Below are positions 9,155 to 18,672 of a DNA stretch of 64,000 bases, in pieces. This DNA comes from Myxococcota bacterium. GTDB lineage: Bacteria > Myxococcota_A > Polyangia > Nannocystales > Nannocystaceae. The notes beneath the pieces were generated by a model. It saw nothing but the letters and a program-made list of their open reading frames with translations, did not search any database and was not told the DNA's origin. Location of the stretch: NCBI GenBank assembly GCA_039194325.1, contig JBCCWC010000008.1, forward strand, positions 76,019 to 140,018. The letters are read 5' to 3'. The position numbers and the translations under genes are program-made. Every line of letters begins with the position of its first letter. Within the stretch, counting starts at the first letter, position 1.

Positions 9155-10184
9155 GATCGACCCTCCCGAAGCGTCGAATCAACGCACACCCTCGTAGGTC
9201 GTCGTCCGAGGTGCTCATGAGCATGGCGACAGGGCCCGGGGCATAGCCGTGCCGGTGGGCGCGGTCGACGACCGTGAGCAACGCAGGCACAGAGGCCGCG
9301 CCTATCTCGCCGATGCAGTCGGCCAGGTACCACAAGGGAAAGGTGGTCCTCCGCTCACGCACCACACGAGCGATCGCGTACGAGTGCTCGACGAAGAAGT
9401 ATCGCTCGCCGTTGAGGTCGGTCAGCCGAAGATCGATGTCGGCCATCGCCAGGTTCCGCGACTGCAAGCAGGCCCGGATCGCCGAGGCGAGGCCGGTGCC
9501 GACCGAGGGGTCCTCGGCGTCGACCGTACGTGGCTCGCGGGCGCTGGCCAGGCCCTCGACCGTCGAGCCCACCGAGACCCCCGCCGGCGATCGGCGGGTC
9601 AGGACGACAGCCGCGGCGGCCTCGCCCGGGATGAACCCATCGGTGTTGTTCTCGGTCTTGAGCCGGCGCTGCTGGTCGAAGTGCTGCAGGGTGGCCATCG
9701 ACAGGAAGCTGTCGACACCGCAGACGACGCAGGCACGGAGCGAGGGATCCTGGAGGATCTCGCTGGCCGAGATCAACGCCCGAAAGCCAGCCCCTCGACC
9801 GCCTCGGATCAACCGGCGCAGTCGGGGATGGAAGCGCACTCCGAGCGCCGCCTCCACGGGGACGAGCAGATTCTCTTCGAAGGCAGCAGGTAGGCCAGGG
9901 CGGTCGTGCTCACCGAGCGCGACCACGATGGCGATGTCTTCGATCGGTCGTGAGACGGCCAGTAGCGCCTCGCGGAGGGTGTGTACCAGCATGCGGACGA
10001 AGTGTACGGACCCCTCGGGTGCTCGGCCCTGGTCCCATGGGATCGGTGCCCCGGTGATCGGCTCGTCATCCATGTCGCGAAAAGGGACGGGCATCAGGCC
10101 GGCAATCCCCGACCGGATGCCTGCACATGCGTTGTCCCGATCGAGACCGACCGCGCACAGCAGACCTGTACTTGCGATGTACAC
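9147..10184 (-). CDS. PRK06147-like thiolase/ketoacyl-synthase-fold T6SS accessory protein
   Basis: CGVDSFL, DGFIPGEAAAAV, DLNGERY, IGEIGAAS motifs; GTG start behind GAGGAG at the DUF2169 stop. Confidence 0.85.
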   Translation of the reverse strand: MYIASTGLLCAVGLDRDNACAGIRSGIAGLMPVPFRDMDDEPITGAPIPWDQGRAPEGSVHFVRMLVHTLREALLAVSRPIEDIAIVVALGEHDRPGLPAAFEENLLVPVEAALGVRFHPRLRRLIRGGRGAGFRALISASEILQDPSLRACVVCGVDSFLSMATLQHFDQQRRLKTENNTDGFIPGEAAAAVVLTRRSPAGVSVGSTVEGLASAREPRTVDAEDPSVGTGLASAIRACLQSRNLAMADIDLRLTDLNGERYFFVEHSYAIARVVRERRTTFPLWYLADCIGEIGAASVPALLTVVDRAHRHGYAPGPVAMLMSTSDDDLRGCALIRRFGRVDRG

Positions 10185-10191
10185 CGAGATC

Positions 10192-11271
10192 TTACTCCTC
10201 GCGACTGTCCTCGGGCGGGAACGTGGAGCGCCAGTCCACGTAGACCTTGCTCTGCGCCACCGCCTTGTGAAACGCCGGCGTGGGGACACCCAGGCGAATA
10301 CGGTGCGTCTCGACCGACTTCCAGGTGCAGCGCAGGGTGCAGCGATAGGTCGCGATAATCCGGTCCTCGTCGGGCTCGATCACGAGGGTATCGAGCCGGC
10401 TCTCGCCGATGGTCTCGCCCCCCCGGTGCTCGACGACCACCGGCAGCTCTAGTCGCGGAATCTCGAAGTCGAAGCGCCCTTTGGGGCTGGCGTTGATGAC
10501 GACCCCACGCTCTCCGCCACGGGGAAAGTCGATCTGCTGGTCCGGCGGAGCACCCTGATAGTACCGAAGGTCGAAGTCGACGGGAAGCTGAGGGTAGCGG
10601 GTTTCCTTCCACAGGTCGTCGTAGGTGCCGGCTAGCGCGAGGCGGGGCTGCCAACCCCGCCCCACGAAGCCATAGCCCACCGGGCTGGGCCTACTCGCCG
10701 AAGAGGCGAGCAGGCCATCGAGTCGCTCGAGGTTCGGCACCGGTAGCCCTGCGACCAGGCCGTCGGGCCCTATACCGACCAGGCCACAACCGATGGGATT
10801 GCGAGCCTCGTAGGCCTTGCCATCATCGCTCATTCCGCCGAATGCTCGTTCCCAGCGCAGGGGGATGGAGACGAACGGTTTGGGGTCCGAAGGGGAGAAG
10901 ACACCAAAACCTCGGGCTGCCCAGACTCGATCGCCGGTCACCATTACTGTCTTGTCGATCGAGCCAAAGCGCAGGTGCACGGGAGATGAGGTCACGGGGC
11001 GACCCCCGGGGGCATGAGCGTGCCCATTGAGCACTACGTCGCAGCGGGTCTTGGTGAGCGAGAAATCGTGCTCGTAGCGCACCGAGGACGACTCGGGATC
11101 GCCCCAGTGTACATCACAGGTGCAAAGCTCCACCTGTTGGCTCGCTCGCTTGGGGCCGTGGCCACTCATGGCGAACGTTCCCTTGGTCACCACGACCACA
11201 TGCTCGCAAGCCTCGGCGTCCGGTACGATTGTGGCGAGGCTGGGCAGCCCGCAGAAATTGAGGATCTTCAC
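10192..11271 (-). CDS. DUF2169 T6SS adaptor protein
   Basis: VVVTKGTF, KTRCDVVLNGHAHAP, PLRWERAFGG, NPIGCG, AGTYDDLW, LDTLVIEPDE. Confidence 0.92.
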   Translation of the reverse strand: MKILNFCGLPSLATIVPDAEACEHVVVVTKGTFAMSGHGPKRASQQVELCTCDVHWGDPESSSVRYEHDFSLTKTRCDVVLNGHAHAPGGRPVTSSPVHLRFGSIDKTVMVTGDRVWAARGFGVFSPSDPKPFVSIPLRWERAFGGMSDDGKAYEARNPIGCGLVGIGPDGLVAGLPVPNLERLDGLLASSASRPSPVGYGFVGRGWQPRLALAGTYDDLWKETRYPQLPVDFDLRYYQGAPPDQQIDFPRGGERGVVINASPKGRFDFEIPRLELPVVVEHRGGETIGESRLDTLVIEPDEDRIIATYRCTLRCTWKSVETHRIRLGVPTPAFHKAVAQSKVYVDWRSTFPPEDSREE

Positions 11272-11373
11272 GAGAATGAGCGAAGCTGATGCGAACTCGG
11301 GGTGTCGAGCCGGTTTGATGAGTCGACCGCGGGCCGTAGCGGACCCGTCGCTCCCCAGAGCGTGGCGAGGTGG

Positions 11374-11838
11374 TCAATTGATCTGTACCGAGCCTCCCTT
11401 GATGCGGTGGGTGCCCGCGGCTCGGGTCGATATGTAGCGACCGTGGGTGAGTACCTTGCCGGCACGAGTGAGAACCAGCGTTGCCTTGCCGCAGCGCAGC
11501 TCGAGACGCTGATTGGCCTGCAGGATCAGGGTGTCTCCGTCGACGAGCACTCGAGCGCGGTCCGGGCTAGCGGCGGGATCGAGGAGTTTCCCGAGGATGA
11601 TCGGTCGGTCGATGCGCCCTGACTGGAACGTGAGGACGAGTTCGCAGCCGATGTCCGCAGGCGTGAGAGCGATCGTCGTTCGGGCGGGGGTTAGCGTGGT
11701 CGCCCCCTCGGGATATTGTACGAGAGGAACCCCATCACCACGGAGTGCCCTGAGCCAGCCAATCTCGGTACTGGCCGCACGGAGCGTCGAATTCGGGAGA
11801 ATTTCGACCGTCTTACTTGCGGGGTGCGAGACCGACAT
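11374..11838 (-). CDS. DUF6484 / OB-fold T6SS cassette protein (PA0096-like)
   Basis: PARTT...GCELVLTFQSGRIDRPIILG...LRCGKATLVLTRAGKV...RIKGGSVQIN. Confidence 0.85.
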   Translation of the reverse strand: MSVSHPASKTVEILPNSTLRAASTEIGWLRALRGDGVPLVQYPEGATTLTPARTTIALTPADIGCELVLTFQSGRIDRPIILGKLLDPAASPDRARVLVDGDTLILQANQRLELRCGKATLVLTRAGKVLTHGRYISTRAAGTHRIKGGSVQIN

Positions 11839-12551
11839 GAGCTTATCATTGGCTACTGAGTATCGATTGTCAAGGGTGTAATGAAGGGAGGGCTTTCCTG
11901 ACGTACCGCTAGCGTTATGTTATGGTGGCGCTTCGGATCAGATGCTCGTCTACCGGCTCGATCGAAAAAGCCGAACTCTGGAGACGACGCCATCTCCGGC
12001 GCAATTCCTATCATATTGGCCTCAAGCTTTCCTCAATGAGACAGTGAATCCAACGACGACATCAGTGCAATATCGCATCGTCATAATAAGTCATCACTCT
12101 TCGCGTAAGTCTCATATGCAATGATCGCCACAACCATGCATACCGCAAGCAACTGCTCATCATAGAATGAGGGGCACAACATGCGCGAACACGCGACTCT
12201 CTTAGACCGAGCGCGACACCGACCGAAGATGATGATGAGGACGGTGCTCGCGAGATCGCCAACGACCTCCTTCCCCGGTGCGGACATAGCCCCTCAGACG
12301 CTCCCCAGAGACCTCGCGGCGGTTGCGCAAGCGCTGAGCTCGCGATATCGCACCTCATGGGTCAGGCAAAAGCAGGTGGTGGCCCCCTCGTCAACGGGCT
12401 GCGACCCCCCCCGCGCACGGGGGCCCTCACGTTCACGCGGGAGCCAAACGCCGTTTTCCCCGTGGCGCCCGGAAGGGCAGGCTCCCTACCATCGCCCTGC
12501 TCTTCCCCCAAGAGCGTTCCCCAAACCCAACGACTCCAAGGACCACGCATC

Positions 12552-13181
12552 ATGGCCATCCGACTGGGCGACACCGCCCCCGATTTCACCGCCGAGACCA
12601 CCGAGGGCACGATCACGTTTCACGAGTACCTCGGCGACTCGTGGGGGATCTTGTTCTCACACCCCAAGGACTTCACCCCCGTGTGCACGACCGAGCTGGG
12701 CCAGGTGGCCAAGCTCAAGGACGAGTTCACCAAGCGCAACGTCAAGGTCGTGGGGCTGAGCGTCGACCCGGTGGAGGATCACCGCAAGTGGGCGAGCGAT
12801 ATCGAAGAGACCCAGGGCGCCGCGCTCAACTACCCGCTCATCGGCGATCCAGACCGCAAGATCTCCGACGCCTACGACATGATCCACCCCAACGCGAACA
12901 ACACGCTGACGGTACGCTCGGTGTTCATCATCGGACCCGACAAGAAGGTCAAGCTCACCCTGACCTATCCGGCGAGCACGGGGCGCAACTTCGACGAGAT
13001 CCTCCGGGTGGTGGACTCCCTGCAGCTGACGGCCAAGCACAGCGTGGCCACCCCGGTCAACTGGAAGCACGGCGAAGACGTGATCATCGCGCCCAGCGTC
13101 TCGGACGAGCAGGCCAAGGAGCGCTTTGCTGGGTACAAGACGATCAAGCCCTACCTGCGCGTGACCAAGCAGCCCGAGTAG
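12552..13181 (+). CDS. 1-Cys peroxiredoxin (Prx6 subfamily)
   Basis: FSHPKDFTPVCTTELG active site; YPASTGRNFDEILRVVDSLQL. Confidence 0.96.
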   Translation: MAIRLGDTAPDFTAETTEGTITFHEYLGDSWGILFSHPKDFTPVCTTELGQVAKLKDEFTKRNVKVVGLSVDPVEDHRKWASDIEETQGAALNYPLIGDPDRKISDAYDMIHPNANNTLTVRSVFIIGPDKKVKLTLTYPASTGRNFDEILRVVDSLQLTAKHSVATPVNWKHGEDVIIAPSVSDEQAKERFAGYKTIKPYLRVTKQPE

Positions 13182-13202
13182 GCCCGGGCGATCCCTGACG
13201 GC

Positions 13203-13237
13203 AAAAGCGGCCGCTCCTGTCCGGGAGCGGCCCTTTT
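13203..13237. terminator. Probable bidirectional intrinsic terminator
   Basis: AAAA..GGCCGCTCC-N6-GGAGCGGCC..TTTT between convergent genes. Confidence 0.75.
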
Positions 13238-13391
13238 CGTTCGAAGCGCCTCGTGCCCGCGGCCTCTGGTCAGAGCACAGTGCAAGGTGTTGATGCTGCT
13301 GGGCGGGGTCGGCAGCGTGGTGCTCGGACGGCTATCGGTCGCGACAGCCGTCGCGCATCCCCACCCAGCCTCGGCAAAAATAATCCCCGAA

Positions 13392-14525
13392 TCAGCCGGC
13401 CTTCTTGGGAACGGCCACCTCGGCCCACAGCAGCAGGTGGTCGCTGACGTCGCGCTCGGTCCCGCTGTCGACGGGCACGGAGGGCCAGGGGGTCTTGGGC
13501 CCGTCCTTCTCGCCGCGCACGATCTTGTCCTCGGCCGCGGCCTCGGCCCCCTTGAGCTCCATGTTGCACACGATGATCCGATCCATGGGATCGCCATCCT
13601 GCACGGTGGTGAGCTGCGCGAGGGTCTCGGTGGCGGAGTCGGTGCACCCCTTTTGGCCGGTGAGCACCTGCGCGGCGCTCTCCTCGTAGTCGTCGTCGCC
13701 GGGGAGGAACTTGGAGGCAACGGTGCCGGCGATCACGACGGGTCGCTTCTTGAGCTCGCGCTTGGCCATGCGGCGGATCGAGCTGGCCTGGCTGCGGCGC
13801 TGCTTGGTCGCGCCCTCGAACTTGCCCTCCTTGAGGTGCACGGCGATGACGGTGATCTCCTGCCCCCCGGGGAGCTCGACCTCGGCGGCCACGTGCAGCG
13901 GGACCTTGACGTCGAAGCGGCGCTCGCCGCTGATGGGGAAGCGGGAGAGGATCGCGACCTGCTGGCCGGAGAAACGATCCTCGGAGTCGACCCAGGCGTA
14001 TTGATAGTCGTAGCCGTTCTTGACGGTGATGCTGCTGGTGATGTCACTGAGCTCGCGCTCGCCGCCCAGCTCGGTGAGGACGACCACGTCGAGGCGCTCG
14101 GCGACCAGGATCTCGACGATCCTGTCCCGCTTCCACTCCCAGGTGTCGTCGTCGGTGGCGACGTTGGGCTTGGCCTTGCCGGGACGCTTTTGGGGGATCG
14201 CGTCGAAGGCCCAGTCGAGGTTGAAGGTACCGACGGCGAACGCTCCCTCGGGCACCTTGGCCCCGGTGGGGGCCGGCTCGCCGCCGGACTCGGGCTTGGC
14301 CTCGCCGCCGGGCTGGGCCTCGCCGCCGGACTCGGGCTTGGCCTCGGACTCGGGCGTGGCCTCGGCCTCGGCCTCGGCCTGCGGGGCGGCCGCGGTCGAC
14401 GCGGGAGTCTCGGATGGTGGCGCATTCTTGGGGCCACAGGCGAGCAACCCGAGCAACGAGGCCACTCCCACGGCGGCGGACAGGTGGAGGGAGCAACGAG
14501 GGTTCGACTTTGGTGGGACGATCAT
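13392..14525 (-). CDS. Endonuclease/exonuclease/phosphatase (EEP) family lipoprotein
   Basis: Lipobox LLAC; TFNLDW, LTE, VHLK, DRII and SDH motifs; Pro/Glu-rich linker. Confidence 0.8.
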   Translation of the reverse strand: MIVPPKSNPRCSLHLSAAVGVASLLGLLACGPKNAPPSETPASTAAAPQAEAEAEATPESEAKPESGGEAQPGGEAKPESGGEPAPTGAKVPEGAFAVGTFNLDWAFDAIPQKRPGKAKPNVATDDDTWEWKRDRIVEILVAERLDVVVLTELGGERELSDITSSITVKNGYDYQYAWVDSEDRFSGQQVAILSRFPISGERRFDVKVPLHVAAEVELPGGQEITVIAVHLKEGKFEGATKQRRSQASSIRRMAKRELKKRPVVIAGTVASKFLPGDDDYEESAAQVLTGQKGCTDSATETLAQLTTVQDGDPMDRIIVCNMELKGAEAAAEDKIVRGEKDGPKTPWPSVPVDSGTERDVSDHLLLWAEVAVPKKAG

Positions 14526-14628
14526 GGCGGTGGAGGACGAACCCGCGGCGCCGCGGGCTCGCTGATCGGGATGATAGGCCATGACCCGGTCGGTGGGGCA
14601 AGGGGCGAAAGCCCGCATACATCTCGGA

Positions 14629-15234
14629 CTAGTCCATGCCCTTGAGGATCACATCGAAGCCAAGGACGTAGAGTGCATGCACTCCGACTACGATGTGGGA
14701 GACGACAGGACCTATGAGGGATCGCTGCCGCGCATAGAGCATGCCCCACAGTAATCCGCCGGTAAATGCGACGAAGCCGTAGGTGATCGTCAGATGTAGG
14801 TGAGTCACCCCGAACAAGGCGTTGGAGACTACAATGGCCCAAAACCATCGTCGTTGCTCCGAGCCGGTGAAGGACTCGTAGAGCGGCCCCTGGACCGCCC
14901 CCCGCGAGATGAACTCCTGGATCGGTACGAGCAAGGCATAGACCCCGTAGCCCAGCAGCGGACCCACCGTGAAGGGGCGATCGAGCACGGCAAAGACGGG
15001 CTTGCCGGCATGGGCGGGGATGAGCTCGACCGGCGCCCACTTGCCGAGGGTGAGTAGGACCAGCGCGGGCACGGTCCATAGCAGCGCCTGGCGGAAGATC
15101 TCGAGCCGCCCCTGTTGCAGCAGGTACATGCGCTCGGTGGTCTCGCCCTGGCGTAGCAGGCACTCGCCGGGCTCGAGCACCACCCGACGGGGCGCGAGCA
15201 TGCCGATGAGCGTGGTGCGATCTTCGATGGTCAT
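14629..15234 (-). CDS. Truncated cNMP-binding domain fused to a CPBP (Abi/CAAX-type) intramembrane protease; probably internally deleted
   Basis: LEPGECLLRQGETTERMYLLQQGRLEI (first half of a cNMP domain) joins directly to TM segments carrying QEFISRG, FGVTH and SH motifs. Confidence 0.65.
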   Translation of the reverse strand: MTIEDRTTLIGMLAPRRVVLEPGECLLRQGETTERMYLLQQGRLEIFRQALLWTVPALVLLTLGKWAPVELIPAHAGKPVFAVLDRPFTVGPLLGYGVYALLVPIQEFISRGAVQGPLYESFTGSEQRRWFWAIVVSNALFGVTHLHLTITYGFVAFTGGLLWGMLYARQRSLIGPVVSHIVVGVHALYVLGFDVILKGMD

Positions 15235-15385
15235 CGGCCGCGCGCCGGGGGATCTCGCCGGCAGCAACCCCCGGAGCAACCCCCGGAGCGACCCCAAAGC
15301 GACCCATGACTCGACCGGTCGCGCCCGCGAGTATCACCCGCGGAACGGACCGGTCCCAAGACCCGGAAAGACGACCCGGGATGAA

Positions 15386-16732
15386 TCAGGTAAGGCCGGA
15401 CAAGCCGCCGCTGCCGCCGTCGGTGTTGCCGAAGGTCTGCTGGTCGCCCAGGCCCATGGCGTGACACAGGGAGACGAGCAGGCGGTTGTGTCGGATGTTG
15501 TTATACTGGAGCCAGCGCCCCATGGGGAACGCCCCGGAAGCACCGCCCAGCAGCACGAAGGGCACGGGCCGGTTGCCGTGGCTGTTGCCGCGCGACAGCT
15601 CGTTGCCCCACACCAGCAGGGTGTTGTCGAGCACGGAGCCGTCTCCCTCGGGGATCGCGGCCAGGGCGTCCATCAGGTACTTGATCTGCTCGGCGTACCA
15701 GACGTTGATCTCGCGGATCCCGTTTTGCATCACGGGGTCGCTGTTGCCGAGGTGGGACAGGTCGTGGTGCGACTGGTTGTGGCCCAGCCAGGTAAAGCGC
15801 GTGGTGCTGACGGAGCGCGAGAACTGCAAGCTCGCGACCCGGGTCAGATCGCAACCCAGCGCCATGGCGAGCAGATCCATCTGGCGCCGCCCGACCTCGG
15901 GGAAGTTGTCGTTGGCGCCCTCGTCGAAGCCGCCCCCCGGTGCCATCGGCGGCTCGCAGGCGGGGACCACGGCGTTGATCCGCTGCTCTACGGCTCGGAT
16001 CGACTCGAGGTGGGCGTCGATCTTCACCTTGTCGTCGGCCGAGCCGTGGTTTCCCATGATCTGATCGAGGTCGCCCTTGACCACGTCGATCACGCTCTGG
16101 CGCCGCGCCTTGATCTTATTGAGCTCGCCGCTGTCGACGTCGAGATCGGCGAAGAGCCGGTCGAACATAGCGCTCGCGCTGTCCTCGGGCGCGATGGGCT
16201 GGTTGGCCCCCGCGTAGCACATGCGCGACCAGATGTTGGCGTTCCTGGTCTGCACGCCGAATTCGAGCGATTTGTAGGCGGTCTCGCCTCCCACCGCGTT
16301 GGCGATGTGCTGGTCGACGGAGATCCCTCCGCCCCAGCCGGCCGAGCCACCGTTGCCGCCCCCGAAGTCGTCACCCTCGAGCAGGCGCGAGCCAGTCCAC
16401 AGGTGGCCCATGCCCTTTTGGTGGCCATCGCCAACGCCGTCGCGCGAGACCTCGAGACCGTCGAGGACGATCATGCGATCTTTGTAGTCCTGGAGCGGCG
16501 AGAGGATCGGCCCCAGGGTGAAGTCGCTCTCGGAGCCGGAGGGCACCCAGTCTTCGTGGAGGGTGCCGTTGGCGGAGAACAGCAGCACGATCCGGCGGGG
16601 TCCGTCGCCAGGGGCCGCGTCGGTCTCCCGCGACAGCATGGGCAGGAAGGGGGTGAGCACCCCGGCCGCCCCCAGGCCCTGTAAGAAGGTGCGCCGCGAG
16701 TTGGCGAAGTTCTTGCGCTTGCGAATGCCCAT
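15386..16732 (-). CDS. DUF1552 domain protein (Tat-exported)
   Basis: SRRTFLQGLG Tat motif; ISVDQHIA, CDLTRVASLQ, SHHDLSH, GSVLDNTL, SHG motifs. Confidence 0.9.
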   Translation of the reverse strand: MGIRKRKNFANSRRTFLQGLGAAGVLTPFLPMLSRETDAAPGDGPRRIVLLFSANGTLHEDWVPSGSESDFTLGPILSPLQDYKDRMIVLDGLEVSRDGVGDGHQKGMGHLWTGSRLLEGDDFGGGNGGSAGWGGGISVDQHIANAVGGETAYKSLEFGVQTRNANIWSRMCYAGANQPIAPEDSASAMFDRLFADLDVDSGELNKIKARRQSVIDVVKGDLDQIMGNHGSADDKVKIDAHLESIRAVEQRINAVVPACEPPMAPGGGFDEGANDNFPEVGRRQMDLLAMALGCDLTRVASLQFSRSVSTTRFTWLGHNQSHHDLSHLGNSDPVMQNGIREINVWYAEQIKYLMDALAAIPEGDGSVLDNTLLVWGNELSRGNSHGNRPVPFVLLGGASGAFPMGRWLQYNNIRHNRLLVSLCHAMGLGDQQTFGNTDGGSGGLSGLT

Positions 16733-16737
16733 GACTC

Positions 16738-18483
16738 TCACTCCCCCTCCTCGATGACGGCCGAGTCCTCGGCCGTGCGGCGGTAACGGAACGCGTCGCT
16801 GACCACGATCTCCTTGACGAGCGAGCTTAGTGCGTAATCGGTCTCGGCGAAACGGTCGAGCATCAGCTCGGTCGCGCAGACGTCTTCGTCGCTGTCGAGG
16901 CGGCCCAGCGAGTAGCGGAACCATTGACGGGCAACGCAGGACTGGACGTCGGTGGAGGTGGCCAGGCGCTCGGACAGCTCGATGGCCCCGTCGAACTCGC
17001 CTTCGATGCCCTCGGCGAACACGATGTTCCCCGAGGCGTCGACCGGCAGGCCCTGGTCCTCGGTGCGGAACCCGCCGATCCCGTCGTAGTGCTCGAAGCC
17101 AAAGCCGAGCCCGTCGATCAGCTGGTGGCAGCTGTTGCACTCGGGGTTCTCGGTGTGCTCGGAGAAGCGCTCGCGGGTGGTCGACCCGGGCGTGGGGTCG
17201 GGCGGCACGTCGTCCACGTCGGGCGGGGGCGGCGGCAGCGGCTGGCACAGGAAGTTCTCGCGGATGAGCTGGCCGCGGTGCACGGGCGAGCTCTGGTCGG
17301 CGTGGCCGTACCAGGCCATCACAGCGGGCTGGGTGAGCAAGCCGGCGCGCTGCTCCTTGGGCAGCGCAAGCGGAGTGCCCGGCGGCTGGTCGGCGGAGCG
17401 CTCGACCCCGTAGAGCGCGAGCAAGGCGGGGTCGTCGCTGAGGGTGAAGGCACCGGTCAGCAGGGTGGGCAGGCGGCCGTCTCCGTCGGAGAACACCCAG
17501 CGCACGAAGCTGGCGGTGTCCTCCTTCATGGCGCGGGCCAGATCGCTGTCGAAGTCGGGGTAGGCCTCGCCGCTCTTCTCCAGGGTCTCGAGCTCGTCGA
17601 GGCCGAGCCACTGCAGGTGGAAGTCGGCGATCGCCTCCTGAGCCCGGGGGTCGGCGAGCATGCGGTCGACCTGAGCCTCGATCCCGGCGGCGGTGTCCAG
17701 CTCGCCCGCGGTGGCGGCGGCGAACAGGGCGTCGTCGGGCATGGTGTTCCACAGGAAGTACGAGAGCCGCGAGGCCAGCTCGTGGCCGGTGAGGCGGCGC
17801 GGGCCGGCCGCTGCCGACACGCCGTTCTCCACGTGATAGAGGAACCAGGGCGACTGCAGCATGGTCTGCAGCATCACCTGGACGCCCATCGTAAAGCCGT
17901 CGGCCGAGGCGGCGCTGGCGTACACGTCCATCAGGCGAGCGACGTCGGCGTCGCTCACGGGGTGCCGGTAGGCGCGGGGCATGAAGTCTCGCAGCCACTG
18001 CTCGGCGCAGGCAGCGTCGCCTACCGCGGCGGGATCGCAGGGCAGGTTCTGGTCGAGCGAGGCGGCGTACTCCTCGGCGAGCAGCTCGGCGGCGTCCATG
18101 TACTGCTCGACCTGAAGGTCGACGACGGGCGCGACGGCGTTGCTGCGGAAGGGTCCCACCCGCTCGTCGGGCGCGAAGCTGTCGGTCACGTCGGTGTCGA
18201 TTCCGAGCAGCGCGCCGACCGTGTTGCGATACTGGCTCTGGGTGAGCCGCCGCAGCGCGGTGGCGCCGATCTGCCGGGGAGCGTCGAGGCATTGAGCCGC
18301 GACCCCGTCGTCTCCACCGTCTTCACCCGCGTCCCCCGCGTCTCCCGCATCCCCCGCATCGGCCCCCCCGACTCCGGGCCCCCCCTGGCCGTCGAAGTCC
18401 TGGAAGCCCGAGTAGCAGCCCGTTAGGGGCAGCCCCAGCGCGGTCGCGAGCGTAATCCGCTCGATGATCCCTGGCATGTGCAT
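16738..18483 (-). CDS. DUF1592/DUF1588/DUF1587-type lipoprotein with a heme-binding motif
   Basis: LRRLTQSQYRNTV, ELASRLSYFLWNTMPD, SSPVHRG, CNSCH; lipobox LTGC; paired with DUF1552. Confidence 0.9.
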   Translation of the reverse strand: MHMPGIIERITLATALGLPLTGCYSGFQDFDGQGGPGVGGADAGDAGDAGDAGEDGGDDGVAAQCLDAPRQIGATALRRLTQSQYRNTVGALLGIDTDVTDSFAPDERVGPFRSNAVAPVVDLQVEQYMDAAELLAEEYAASLDQNLPCDPAAVGDAACAEQWLRDFMPRAYRHPVSDADVARLMDVYASAASADGFTMGVQVMLQTMLQSPWFLYHVENGVSAAAGPRRLTGHELASRLSYFLWNTMPDDALFAAATAGELDTAAGIEAQVDRMLADPRAQEAIADFHLQWLGLDELETLEKSGEAYPDFDSDLARAMKEDTASFVRWVFSDGDGRLPTLLTGAFTLSDDPALLALYGVERSADQPPGTPLALPKEQRAGLLTQPAVMAWYGHADQSSPVHRGQLIRENFLCQPLPPPPPDVDDVPPDPTPGSTTRERFSEHTENPECNSCHQLIDGLGFGFEHYDGIGGFRTEDQGLPVDASGNIVFAEGIEGEFDGAIELSERLATSTDVQSCVARQWFRYSLGRLDSDEDVCATELMLDRFAETDYALSSLVKEIVVSDAFRYRRTAEDSAVIEEGE

Positions 18484-18672
18484 CGTCCTCCGCGAAGGGA
18501 GTCCGGCGAGGAACGAAGTTGTCCCCCGACGATGGCCCAGTTTTTGCGGTGAACGCCTACAGGGTCGGCGAGCTCACCGAAGCAACCGAAGCCGCAAAAC
18601 CGAGACGATCGAACGGTGGTCTCGATCACGGTTCCGATCGACTCCCCGGATCCTCATTTGATCGTCGTTCAT

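Noticed and set aside
9147..10184. Fatty-acid/polyketide synthase gene suggesting a biosynthetic cluster
   Set aside because: It lacks the catalytic Cys at the expected position (GGRGAGF) and sits between DUF2169 and DUF4150, the known T6SS accessory context.
11942..12358. Short ORFs in the AT-rich gap
   Set aside because: They have atypical codon usage, no motifs and mutually conflicting frames.
16733..18292. N-terminal extension of the 968-aa ORF as a DUF1592-DUF1552 fusion
   Set aside because: It is an Arg-rich alternative frame over the DUF1592 gene; the real start with a Tat motif is at 16732.
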